Of a stretch of DNA of 64,000 nt, positions 10,262 to 19,805 are shown in pieces. This DNA is from an uncultured Chloroflexia bacterium. GTDB lineage: Bacteria; Chloroflexota; Limnocylindria; Limnocylindrales; CSP1-4. Each line of letters starts with the position of its first letter. The stretch's first letter is position 1. The stretch spans positions 736,001 to 800,000 of the forward strand of contig CAVYIM010000003.1 of NCBI GenBank assembly GCA_963768655.1. The letters run 5' to 3'. A program made the position numbers and the translations under genes. A model generated the notes under the pieces. The model had not been told where the DNA came from and searched no databases. It saw only the letters and a program-made list of their open reading frames with translations.

Positions 10262-11401
10262 ATGCCCACCGAAGAGCCCCTCGACCTGGCCTTCCTCGGC
10301 GACCCGAACAGCGTGCACGTACGCCGCTGGATGGGATTCTTCTCGGACCGGGGTCATCGCGTGACGCTCATCGTGGCGGCCGACAAGGTCGTCGACCCGG
10401 GCATTCCGCCGGCCATCGTCGTGGAGCGGCTTCCACCTTTCGCGTCGAGTCGAGTCCGGCCCATGAGCGCCCTCGCGACCCGTCGATCGCTCGCCCGGCA
10501 GCTTCGCCGGCTCGACCCCGACGTGCTGCACGCTCACTACGTCACGGGCAATGCCTGGCGCGCCTGGCTATCCGCTTTCCACCCCTACGTGGTGACGGTG
10601 TGGGGCTCCGACGTCCTGGGCATCGGCCGCCAGGGCTGGCGCCGTCGCCTCTACGCCAGGCTTGCGTTGCGCGCCGCCGACATCGTCACGGGCAGTTCGG
10701 CGGACCTGGTCCGGGCCGCAGTGGCCGCCGGGTCGCGGGCGGAGCGAACGCGATACATCCATTTCGGCGTGGATACCGAGCGCTTCTCGCCCGGGCCCGA
10801 CCCGGCGGGCCTCCGGGCCCGCTTCGGCCTCGTCGGTTGCCGTGTTCTACTCTCGAACCGGATCATCGCGCCGCTGTATCGCCAGGACGTAGTGGTACGG
10901 GTCCTGGCGCAGCTCCCGTCCGACGTGGTGGCCGTGATGACGGCCTACCGGGCCCAGCCGGACGAGGTGGCGAAGATCCGGGAGCTGGCCGACCGGCTTG
11001 GCGTCGCGCCTCGCCTGCGCGTCGTCGACACTCTCGACGAGTCGGAGCTGCCCGACCTGTACCGCCTGGCCGATGTCGTCGTTTCGATCCCCGCCAGCGA
11101 CGGTGGGCCCATAACCGTCGCCGAAGCTCTGGCAGTTGGTCGCCCGGTCGTCGCGACCGATTTGCCGAGCCTCCGGGAGTGGCTCGCCGATCTCGACCCG
11201 GCGGCGCTCGTCCCCGTCGACGACGTGGCGGCGACTGTGACGGCGGTCGAGACGGTGCTGTCCAGAGGTCCGGAGGAGCGGCAGGAGCGGGCGGCCCGAG
11301 GTCGGGCTGCGGTGACGGAGCGGGCCGACTGGCGGACGAACATGGAGCGCATGGAAACGCTCTATCGGGAGCTTGCGGCGGGCCGGCGCGGGACGGCCTG
11401 A
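10262..11401 (+). CDS. GT4 (GT-B) glycosyltransferase
   Basis: SVHVRRW, HAHY, WGSDV, FGVD, DGGPITVAEALAVG. Confidence 0.9.
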   Translation: MPTEEPLDLAFLGDPNSVHVRRWMGFFSDRGHRVTLIVAADKVVDPGIPPAIVVERLPPFASSRVRPMSALATRRSLARQLRRLDPDVLHAHYVTGNAWRAWLSAFHPYVVTVWGSDVLGIGRQGWRRRLYARLALRAADIVTGSSADLVRAAVAAGSRAERTRYIHFGVDTERFSPGPDPAGLRARFGLVGCRVLLSNRIIAPLYRQDVVVRVLAQLPSDVVAVMTAYRAQPDEVAKIRELADRLGVAPRLRVVDTLDESELPDLYRLADVVVSIPASDGGPITVAEALAVGRPVVATDLPSLREWLADLDPAALVPVDDVAATVTAVETVLSRGPEERQERAARGRAAVTERADWRTNMERMETLYRELAAGRRGTA

Positions 11402-11502
11402 CCGCCGAGGTCCGAGGGGGGCCGCCGCACGGCCACGACCCGGCGGCCGGTTCCTGCGCCGCGCCGGCGGTTCTACGGACCGCGGTTTCGCGCCCGCCGC
11501 GC

Positions 11503-12417
11503 TCAGCGGCCGGCTGTCATCAGCTCGACGCTGGACCGGAGATCGTGGACCGACTGCCAGCCGAGGACCTTCCGGGCCAGCGAGACATCGGCGACCTGCC
11601 ACGGGACGTCGGACGATCGGGGCGACCCCGCCGCCGTCTCCGCGATCTCGCCCTCGAAACTGACCGCCCGAGCCAGCGCGTCGACCAACTCGCGGGCGGT
11701 GTGGCCGGTTCCCGAAGCCACGTTGACGAGGGGAGCGTCGAGGCTCGGTACGCGACAGGCGGCTACGACGGCGGCGGCTATGTCCCGGACGTCGACGAAG
11801 TCCCGGACCGACCCGAGAGGCCCGAGCTCGATACGTTGCGTGCCCGTCGCAACGGCCTCGGCCAGGCGTCGCTGAGCCGCGCCGGGGAGGGAGTTCTCCG
11901 GCATCGAGGGCCCCAGGGCATTGAAGACCCGCAGGACGACCGCCTCGCGGCCCTGGTCCGCCGCCGCCAAAACGATCTGGGTGGCGGCCAGCTTGGCGAT
12001 GCCGTACGGGCTGACCGGTCTGGCGCAGGCGGACTCGGTCACCGGCCGGCCGGCCGGCCCCGGTCCGTATTCGGCGGCTGAGCCGAAATGGACCAACCTC
12101 GTCCCAAGGTTGGATCGGGCCAGGGCCTCCACGACGCGCGCCGTTACCAGGACGTTGAGACGGACCAGGTCCGACGTCGAGCCGACGCTGGCCCCGGTGC
12201 AATTGACGACGGCGTCCGGCTTCAGGCCCCGCAGCTCGGCCTCGAGGCGAGTGTCGTCGCCGGCCAGCAGATCGAGGTCGAGCCAGCCACGTTCGAGGCC
12301 CGGCAGGGGAGTGCCCAGGCCCGCGCCCACGACTTCGACGTCCGGCTGGCTGGTCAGTGCAGTCGAAACGTGGCTCCCGATGAAGCCATTGGCGCCCAGC
12401 ACCAGGACGAGCGCCAC
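11503..12417 (-). CDS. NAD-dependent epimerase/dehydratase (extended SDR)
   Basis: GANGFIG, GSAAEYG, YGIAK, RDFVDVRD. Confidence 0.9.
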   Translation of the reverse strand: MALVLVLGANGFIGSHVSTALTSQPDVEVVGAGLGTPLPGLERGWLDLDLLAGDDTRLEAELRGLKPDAVVNCTGASVGSTSDLVRLNVLVTARVVEALARSNLGTRLVHFGSAAEYGPGPAGRPVTESACARPVSPYGIAKLAATQIVLAAADQGREAVVLRVFNALGPSMPENSLPGAAQRRLAEAVATGTQRIELGPLGSVRDFVDVRDIAAAVVAACRVPSLDAPLVNVASGTGHTARELVDALARAVSFEGEIAETAAGSPRSSDVPWQVADVSLARKVLGWQSVHDLRSSVELMTAGR

Positions 12418-13140
12418 TCAAGACCCCGGCAACAGGTGAGATCTGAGTCGAAGGAACTCGGAGTTGGCGCGGTCGTAGTCCTCCGGGCGTCCGATGTCGA
12501 GCCAGTAGCCTCCGAACGCATACGAGGCCGGGTTCCGCCCGGCGGCGAGGAGGTCGATCACGAGGCGATCGAAGCCGAGCGGCTCGCCGGCCCGATAGCC
12601 TGATAGGGCCGAACGGGAGACTGCGTACACGCCCATGCTGACCTCGTAGTCGAGCTTGGGCTTCTCGACGAACCCGACCACATGACCCGCCTCGACGGTC
12701 AGAACCCCGAAGTCGATGTCGACCTGGCGGTGGTACGTGGCTATGGTCAGCGGCGCATCGCCGGCGGCGTGGGCCTCCAGGAGCGAGGAGAAGCTGAGGT
12801 CGGTGAGGATGTCGCCGTTCAGCACCAGGAACTGCTCCGGGAGCTTGTCGAGAAGCGCGACCACCGGTCCCATGGTGCTGAGCGGCCTGTCCTCGGTGGC
12901 GTAGTCCACTTCGAGGCCCCACTGCTCGCCGGTGCCGACGTACGCCCTGATCAGCTCACCCAGGTGGCCGATCGCGATTGTGACCCGCCGGAAGTCGTCT
13001 CGGGCGAGCTGGCGCAGGACGATCTCGATGATGGCGCACTCGTCTCCGATCGGCACGAGAGGCTTGGGAATGCTGGTCGTGTACGGGCGCAGGCGGGTGC
13101 CTTTTCCGCCTGCCAGCAGGACGGCGTGTCGCGCGCTCAT
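12418..13140 (-). CDS. Sugar-1-phosphate nucleotidyltransferase
   Basis: [33 protein letters not shown]. Confidence 0.93.
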   Translation of the reverse strand: MSARHAVLLAGGKGTRLRPYTTSIPKPLVPIGDECAIIEIVLRQLARDDFRRVTIAIGHLGELIRAYVGTGEQWGLEVDYATEDRPLSTMGPVVALLDKLPEQFLVLNGDILTDLSFSSLLEAHAAGDAPLTIATYHRQVDIDFGVLTVEAGHVVGFVEKPKLDYEVSMGVYAVSRSALSGYRAGEPLGFDRLVIDLLAAGRNPASYAFGGYWLDIGRPEDYDRANSEFLRLRSHLLPGS

Positions 13141-13147
13141 CGGGCGC

Positions 13148-14143
13148 TCATACCGTGTACGCGTTCCACTTGTAGCGGGCCAGGTTGTCCGGCTGCGAGA
13201 ACCAGGCGGCGGTCCTGGCCAGCCCCTCGGCGAGGTCCACGGTCGGCTTCCAGCCGGTCGCCGCCGTCAGCCGGGAGCTGTCGCACACGAGGCGCATCAC
13301 CTCGGACCCGCTCGGCCTCAGACGCTCGGCTTCTTCGGTGACCGTGACCTCGCGGCCGGCTGCGGCGGCGATCGTCTTCACGAGATCGCCGATTGAGATC
13401 TCGACGCCGGTGCCGGCATTCAGGGTTCGGCCGACGACGGAGTCGGCCGGCGCGTCGGCGACCGCCATGAATGCCCGAGCCGTGTCCTCGACGTAGGTGA
13501 AGTCGCGCGTCGGCCGCAGATCGCCGAGTCGGATCTCGCGCTGCCCCGCGGCCAGTTGAGACAGGATCGTCGGAATGACAGCGCGGCTGGACTGGCGCGG
13601 ACCGTATGTGTTGAACGGCCGCAGAGTTGCCACAGGCACGCCGAACGAGAGGTGGTAGCTCTCCGTCATTTTGTCCGCGCCGATCTTGGATGCCGAGTAT
13701 GGCGACTGTCCCTGGAGCGGGTGATCCTCAGATATGGGAACGCTCCGCGCCGTGCCGTAGACCTCGCTCGTGGAGGTGTGGACGACACGCGGCGTCGCCA
13801 GCTGGCGGGCTGCCTCCAGCACGTTGAGCGTGCCGAGAACGTTCGTCTCGACGTAGGAGCGGGGCGAGCGATACGAGTACGGGATCGCGATCAGGGCGGC
13901 CAGGTGGTAGATGACGTCCGCGCCCTCGACCACCTCGCGCACCGAGGCGATGTCGCGGACGTCCCCCAGGTGAACCTCAACCGAACCGAGGACGTCGGGC
14001 GGCAGCGACTCCAGCCAGCCCCAGGAGTTGAATGAGTTGTAGAGGACCATGGCCCGGACGCGAGTGCCTCGCCTGACGAGCGCCTCGACCAGGTGGGACC
14101 CGATGAAGCCTTCGCTTCCGGTGACGGCCGCGACCGCTGACAG
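13148..14143 (-). CDS. NAD-dependent nucleotide-sugar 4,6-dehydratase (LegB-like); probable CTG start
   Basis: The essential [12 protein letters not shown] motif lies upstream of the track's ATG (14050). CTG at 14143 follows SD AGGAAGGAG by 7 nt. Also [25 protein letters not shown]. Confidence 0.9.
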   Translation of the reverse strand: MSAVAAVTGSEGFIGSHLVEALVRRGTRVRAMVLYNSFNSWGWLESLPPDVLGSVEVHLGDVRDIASVREVVEGADVIYHLAALIAIPYSYRSPRSYVETNVLGTLNVLEAARQLATPRVVHTSTSEVYGTARSVPISEDHPLQGQSPYSASKIGADKMTESYHLSFGVPVATLRPFNTYGPRQSSRAVIPTILSQLAAGQREIRLGDLRPTRDFTYVEDTARAFMAVADAPADSVVGRTLNAGTGVEISIGDLVKTIAAAAGREVTVTEEAERLRPSGSEVMRLVCDSSRLTAATGWKPTVDLAEGLARTAAWFSQPDNLARYKWNAYTV

Positions 14144-14430
14144 CGTCTGGCTCCTTCCTGCTCATCGAAAGACGCCCCGAATGGTACCTGATTGGAGACG
14201 GCGGCTGGCTCGGCCGCAGGACGGCCGGACCGCGCCGTCGCCTCGTCGACGCCATGGGCGGGGGCGCTGCGCATCCTGGAGATGAGGCCCGCGCGGGGCG
14301 TGGCCGGAGTTGATCTTCTGTACAATCGCCCGCGATGCCCGTCCCAGATCGAGGCCGCCGAGCGTGATGGCCCGAGCCCGAGTCGTCCGCGCCCGGCGGT
14401 GCGGACCGCCAGCTGCGTGAGGTCGAGCCG

Positions 14431-15612
14431 ATGAGCGCCGTCACTGCCTCGGCTGCGACGACCACCGAGCCGCTGAGCCTCGCCTTCCTCGGCGATCCCA
14501 ACAGCGTTCACCTGCGGCGCTGGGTGAGCTACTTCGCCGCTCGCGGCCACACGGTGACCATGCTCGTCCGGGAGGAGAAGGACGTTGAGCCGGGCCTGCC
14601 GCCGGACGTCTCCGTCGAGCGGTTCAGTCATTTCGCCGCCCGAGGCCGCGTGACTCCCGCCGGCCTGCTCAAGGGCCGCCGATCCCTGCGACGCGCCGTG
14701 GCGCGGATCGAGCCCGACGTCCTCAACGCCCACTTCCTGACGGTCCACGGCTGGAACGCCTGGATGTCCGGGTTCCATCCGTATGTCGTGACGCTGTGGG
14801 GATCCGACGTCTTCATCCACCCGCGGCAGTCGCGTGCCGGTGCCCTCCTGGCACGGCTGGCGCTCCGGTCGGCCGACATGGTGATGGTCAACTCCGCGAC
14901 GTTGATGCAGGGGGCGCTCGCGGTGGGGGCGCCGCCCGCAAGGACCAGGATGGTTCAGTTCGGAGTGGACCTCACGAGATTCACGCCCGGCCCGGCCCCG
15001 GCCGCTCTCCGGGCCCGCCTTGGATTGGACGGCCGGAGAGTCATCCTCTCCCCGCGTGCCATCACACCCCTGTATCGCCATGGGATCATCGTGGAGGCCC
15101 TGACCCGGCTACCCTCCGACGTGGTCGTTCTGATGTCGCGCTATCGCGCCCAGGCCGACGAGGTGGAGAAGCTGGAACGCCTGGCCCGGGGCCTGGGCCT
15201 GGCCGATCGTGTCGTGCTGATGCCGGAGTTCGAGGAATCCGACATACCCGACCTGTACCGCATGTCCGACGTGGTCGCCTCCCTCCCCGCGTCCGACTCG
15301 ACCGCGGCGACGATCCTCGAGGCCCTTGCCTGTGAGAAGCAGATCGTGGCCGGCGATCTGCCAAGCGTGCGCGAATGGCTGTGGGAGCTGGACAGCTCGG
15401 CCCTGGTCCCGATCGACGACGTTCCCGCCACCGCCGCCGCCCTGGCCCGCGCCCTGGACCGCGATCCCTCCGAGCGGGCGGATCTCGGCCGTCGAGCTCG
15501 GGCAATCGTCGAAGCCCGGGCCGACCAGGCCGCAAGTCTCGCCAGAGTCGAGTCGCTCTACCGCGAACTGGCCCGGGCCGGCCGCGGCGGCGCCGCCGGG
15601 AGCCGACCCTGA
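14431..15612 (+). CDS. GT4 glycosyltransferase, paralog of 10262-11401
   Basis: Shared EPLxLAFLGDPNSVHxRRW, WGSDV, FGVD, IxPLYR, PDLYR motifs. Confidence 0.9.
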   Translation: MSAVTASAATTTEPLSLAFLGDPNSVHLRRWVSYFAARGHTVTMLVREEKDVEPGLPPDVSVERFSHFAARGRVTPAGLLKGRRSLRRAVARIEPDVLNAHFLTVHGWNAWMSGFHPYVVTLWGSDVFIHPRQSRAGALLARLALRSADMVMVNSATLMQGALAVGAPPARTRMVQFGVDLTRFTPGPAPAALRARLGLDGRRVILSPRAITPLYRHGIIVEALTRLPSDVVVLMSRYRAQADEVEKLERLARGLGLADRVVLMPEFEESDIPDLYRMSDVVASLPASDSTAATILEALACEKQIVAGDLPSVREWLWELDSSALVPIDDVPATAAALARALDRDPSERADLGRRARAIVEARADQAASLARVESLYRELARAGRGGAAGSRP

Positions 15613-15667
15613 GCAGCTTCGCCGCGCTGGTATCGTCTGCCGTGTCAATCACCTGGCCGGAGGCTAG

Positions 15668-17113
15668 ATGACAGCGTCGTCCGCGAGGAGCGGCTCTTTC
15701 ACCCGGCGAGTGAGCGCCGTCTTCTCGACCAAGGTCGTCGCCTTCGCGATCTCGCTGGCGACGACGCTGGTGATCTCGCGCGTCCTGGGCCCCGCGGGCA
15801 AGGGCGAGTACGTCGCGGTTCTCGCCGTGCCCGGCTTGCTCGGTGCCATCGGCGTCTTCGGCCTTCCGAGCGCGGTCAACTACTTCAGCGCCCGGGGCAC
15901 GTCCGTGCGGGGGCTCCTCGAGGTCGGCCTGATCCTCACCGCGATCCTGTCGGCAATCCTGATCGCCCTGGTCTGGATCTCGATGCCGTGGCTCGAACAG
16001 GTCCTGCACTGGGTCTACCCGACCGCGATCCACGTCTGGTATGTGCCCGGCGGGGGCAAGGTCATCGGCTCCACCCTGGATCGGTCGACGGCGGACATGG
16101 TGGAGGTCGTCCTGATCGTGATTCCCGCCGCGCTTCTGACCACCTTTGCCGCGTCCGTGCTCTACGGGCGACAGCAGGTCAGGACGTACAGCGCCATCCT
16201 GATCGGCCAGGGCGCGATCACGCTCGTCCTCTCCACTTTGCTGGTCGCGGTCTTCCGGTTCGGCGTCCCCGGCGCCGTCGCCTCGAGCATCGTCGTCACA
16301 TGGCTGGCGGCCGCCGCCGACGTCGTCGCCGTCGGCCTCCTGGCGCGGCGAATGCCCCCCGGCTCGCGCGTTTCCTACCGTGGCCTGGCCGGCTACGGCT
16401 TCAAGGTCTACCCGGCCAGCATCACCAGCTACTTCAACTACCGGATCGACACCTACATCATCCAGGCAGTCATGCTCTCGCCGGAAGCTCCTCTGGGGCT
16501 CTACAGCATGGCCGTGACGATGGCGGAGTTGATCTTCTACGTCCCGGACTCGGTGACGATGATCTTCCTGCCCCGTGTCGCCGGTCTGCCGCAGGCGGAA
16601 GCCGACGCGCTGCTCCCGCGCGTGTCGAGGCTCACCGTTCTGATGACCGTCCTCGCGGCGCTGGCGCTGGTCCCGACGGCGTGGCTCGGGATCCATCTGG
16701 TCCTGCCCAGATTCAACGACTGTCTCCCCGCGTTCTACGTGCTGCTTCCGGCCGTGATCTCGCTGAGCGTGTCCAAGGTGATGTCGTCCTACGTCGCCGG
16801 CCGCGGCCGGCCCGGGCCCATCTCGGTCGGGTCGGTCATCGCGGTCTGCGTCAACATCGCGGCCAACCTGATTCTCATCCCCATCTACGGCATAGTCGGC
16901 GCGTCCCTGGCGTCGCTGATCTCGTACACGGCGTCGGCCGCGATCCTGCTCGCCGTGGCGTGCCGTCTTTCGCGTCATTCGCTCTGGCAGCTGATCGTGC
17001 CGCGCGGAGAGGAAGTCCGGATCCTGGTGGCGGGCGCCCGCCGTGGCCTCGCTCGGGCACGGCAGGTGGCCGGCGGCCTCCGGGCCGGCACCAGCACAGG
17101 CGGCGCGTCGTGA
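15668..17113 (+). CDS. Wzx-like polysaccharide flippase (MOP superfamily)
   Basis: RVLGPAGKGEY, NYRIDTYII, GLYSMA, NLILIPIYGIVGASLAS; about 12-14 TM. Confidence 0.9.
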   Translation: MTASSARSGSFTRRVSAVFSTKVVAFAISLATTLVISRVLGPAGKGEYVAVLAVPGLLGAIGVFGLPSAVNYFSARGTSVRGLLEVGLILTAILSAILIALVWISMPWLEQVLHWVYPTAIHVWYVPGGGKVIGSTLDRSTADMVEVVLIVIPAALLTTFAASVLYGRQQVRTYSAILIGQGAITLVLSTLLVAVFRFGVPGAVASSIVVTWLAAAADVVAVGLLARRMPPGSRVSYRGLAGYGFKVYPASITSYFNYRIDTYIIQAVMLSPEAPLGLYSMAVTMAELIFYVPDSVTMIFLPRVAGLPQAEADALLPRVSRLTVLMTVLAALALVPTAWLGIHLVLPRFNDCLPAFYVLLPAVISLSVSKVMSSYVAGRGRPGPISVGSVIAVCVNIAANLILIPIYGIVGASLASLISYTASAAILLAVACRLSRHSLWQLIVPRGEEVRILVAGARRGLARARQVAGGLRAGTSTGGAS

Positions 17114-18468
17114 GTGGTCGCGTCCTGGTGGTCACCTACTTCTTTCCGCCCGTCGGCGGCGTGGGCGTGCAGCGGACTCTGAAATACGTCACCTACCTGC
17201 CGCGCTGGGGTTGGGAACCGGTCGTGGTCGCGCCCGGCGACCCCGCCTTCCCGGTCCGCGACCCCTCGCTCGTCCCGACGCTCGCACCGGGTCTCGAGGT
17301 CCACCGAACCACCAGCCTGGAGCCCGGCCGCCTGCCGACCGCGGCCGTCCGCGTGCTGAGCCGCCGATCCAGTTCGGCAGGGGGCGTGTCGGCCGATCTG
17401 ACGGCGAGCTCGGCCCAGGGCAGCCTTCCGCTCAAGGTGCTGCGCAAGATCTCAGTCGTGTGGAACCGGATCTGGGCGGTGCTGCTCTTTCCGGAGGGCG
17501 CGATCGCCTGGGTCCCGTTCGCCGTCCGGGCGGGGCGCAAGGCCAATCGGCGACGTTCGGTCGACGTCATCTACTCGAGCTCATCGCCGATCTCCGCGCA
17601 CGTGGCGGCGGGTCTGTTGAAGGGCCGTATCCACCGGCCCTGGGTGGCCGACTTCCGCGATCCGTGGATCGGCAATCCCTTCGCTGCCCCGATATCGCGT
17701 CCCAAGCGCTGGATGCAGCGACGCATGGAGCGCTGGATCGTTACCCGGGCGGATCGGGTGATCGTGGCTGTGGACGCGATGCGAGTCCAGTTCGAGGAGC
17801 GTTACCCAGGGCTGGCCGGCAAGTTCGTGCACATTCCCAACGGCTACGACCGCGCGGACCTGGCCGGCATCGAGCCCGCGCCGCCCCCGACCCCCGGAGG
17901 CTTCCACCTCCTCTACGCCGGCAGCCTGTACCGACCCGGGGAGCTCGAGGCGTTCCTGCTCGGGGTCGAACGACTGCTTGCGCGCCGGCCCGAGCTCCGC
18001 CACCGCCTGAAGATCGATTTCCTGGGCCGGGTCAACGATCCCAACGCGAAGGCTGCGGCCGAGTTCGACAAGCCGGGACGACTGGCCGGCGTGGTCGGCT
18101 TCGAGGGCTTCGTGCCGCGGCCGACGGCCCTGGCCCGGATGGCCGGCGCCGACGCGCTCCTGCAGCTCATGCCCGACATGCCCGGGGCGGAGATCTTCGT
18201 CGGCGGCAAGCTGGCCGAATACCTCGCCTTCGACCGGCCGATCCTGGCGGTGATGCCGCGCGGCGAGGGGCGGGCTCTGGTCGAAGGGCTCTCGACCGGG
18301 ATCGTCGCGGATGTGGAGCCCGGCAGCGTCGCCGATGCGCTCGAGCGGCTGCTGGACCACACCCCGGCTCCGGCGCCGGCCGACCCGACCGGCCGCTTCG
18401 ATCGGGTCAACCTGGCCGGCGAGCTGGCGCGCGAACTCGATCGAGTGGTCGCCGGCGCGGCGAGCTGA
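17110..18468 (+). CDS. GT4-family glycosyltransferase
   Basis: YFFPPVGGVGVQR, DFRDPW, IPNGYD, GKLAEYL; GTGA overlap with flippase stop. Confidence 0.9.
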   Translation: MSGRVLVVTYFFPPVGGVGVQRTLKYVTYLPRWGWEPVVVAPGDPAFPVRDPSLVPTLAPGLEVHRTTSLEPGRLPTAAVRVLSRRSSSAGGVSADLTASSAQGSLPLKVLRKISVVWNRIWAVLLFPEGAIAWVPFAVRAGRKANRRRSVDVIYSSSSPISAHVAAGLLKGRIHRPWVADFRDPWIGNPFAAPISRPKRWMQRRMERWIVTRADRVIVAVDAMRVQFEERYPGLAGKFVHIPNGYDRADLAGIEPAPPPTPGGFHLLYAGSLYRPGELEAFLLGVERLLARRPELRHRLKIDFLGRVNDPNAKAAAEFDKPGRLAGVVGFEGFVPRPTALARMAGADALLQLMPDMPGAEIFVGGKLAEYLAFDRPILAVMPRGEGRALVEGLSTGIVADVEPGSVADALERLLDHTPAPAPADPTGRFDRVNLAGELARELDRVVAGAAS

Positions 18469-18521
18469 GCGCCGGGCGACTGGCTCTACGCCGGGGCGCG
18501 GGCCGCGCCGCTCGTCAGCCC

Positions 18522-19805
18522 TCACACCGCGACGAACGACGTCACCAGGAGTACCAGCGACAACACGACGAGCAGGCCGGTGCCGATCCAGCCGATTGCC
18601 GACAGCACTCGCCCGCTCGCGAGCGGTCCCATCAGTTCTCGGTTCGATGCCAGGCGCATGACGAAGACCAGCACGAACGGCAGCAGCAGGCAGTTGATGA
18701 CCTGAGCCGTGAACATCACCTGCACGAGCAGGCGCGGCGGCACGAGCAGGATGAACAGCCCGGCGAAGGCAACGAAGAAGATCATCAGACCGTAGAAGGC
18801 CGGTGCCTCGCGCAGGCGCCAGTCGACGCCGGTCTCCCAGCCGAAGGCCTCGCAGGCGGAGTAGGCGCTCGTCAGCGGCACGGTACCGAGGCCCAGGAAC
18901 GACGCGGCGAGCAGGCCCACGGCAAAGAGGACTGTGGTCTCGCCACCAGCAAGCGGCTGCAGGGCGCGCGCGATCTGCTGGATCGCATCGGGAGAGGTCG
19001 TGTCGATGTGGATGCCAGCCGTGTACACGGCTGCGGCGCAGGCGATGATGATGAATGCGCTGATGAGGTTCGTGAGGAGCGCGCCCAGCCCAACATCCAG
19101 CCGCTCGCCGACGAGATCCTCCGGACCGAGCCGCTTGTCCGCCACGTAGGACTGGATGAACGCCTGGCCCCAGGGCGTGATCGTGGTCCCGACCGTGGCC
19201 ACCACTGTGAGCCAGTACAGGCTCGAAGAGTCCAGGGCAGGTACGACCATGGAGTGAACCGCGTGGCCCCAGTCCGGATGGGCCAGGAGCGCAGAAACGA
19301 AATACGAGAGAGAGACTCCGGCGCCTACGGCAACGAACAGGTATTGGACCTTGATGTAGCTGCCGCGGGTCAGCAGCAGGACTACGACCGTCGCGGCGAG
19401 AAGCGCGCTGATCCAGTTGGGCACGCCGAAGAGGCCGAGAGCCGCGCCGCAGCCGGCAAACTCGGACACGATTGTGCCCACGTTGGCGATGAGCATGGTC
19501 ATGATCAGGAACGCTGCCCAGCGAACGCCGTACTTCTCGCGGACGATGCCGGCCAGGCCCTGGCCCGTAGCCAGTCCGAGCCGGGCGCCCACCTCCTGTG
19601 TGAAGAACAGCACGATCTGGCTGGCGAGAATGACCCACAGCAGCTCGTAGCCATATCGCACACCCGCCACGGAATAGGTGGAGATGCCGCCGGCGTCGTT
19701 GTCGGCGAAGCCGCTCACGAGCCCCGGGCCAAGGACACCCAGGATCGCGGCCAGGCGGACCCGGTTTACCGCGCGAGGGGTCAGAGACAGGACCGGAGCC
19801 CTCAC
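18522..19805 (-). CDS. NRAMP-related divalent-cation (probably Mg2+) transporter
   Basis: GPG...DNDAGG (not the MntH DPGN), ARLGLATGQGL, GTTITPW; GTGA-coupled to upstream gene. Confidence 0.9.
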   Translation of the reverse strand: MRAPVLSLTPRAVNRVRLAAILGVLGPGLVSGFADNDAGGISTYSVAGVRYGYELLWVILASQIVLFFTQEVGARLGLATGQGLAGIVREKYGVRWAAFLIMTMLIANVGTIVSEFAGCGAALGLFGVPNWISALLAATVVVLLLTRGSYIKVQYLFVAVGAGVSLSYFVSALLAHPDWGHAVHSMVVPALDSSSLYWLTVVATVGTTITPWGQAFIQSYVADKRLGPEDLVGERLDVGLGALLTNLISAFIIIACAAAVYTAGIHIDTTSPDAIQQIARALQPLAGGETTVLFAVGLLAASFLGLGTVPLTSAYSACEAFGWETGVDWRLREAPAFYGLMIFFVAFAGLFILLVPPRLLVQVMFTAQVINCLLLPFVLVFVMRLASNRELMGPLASGRVLSAIGWIGTGLLVVLSLVLLVTSFVAV

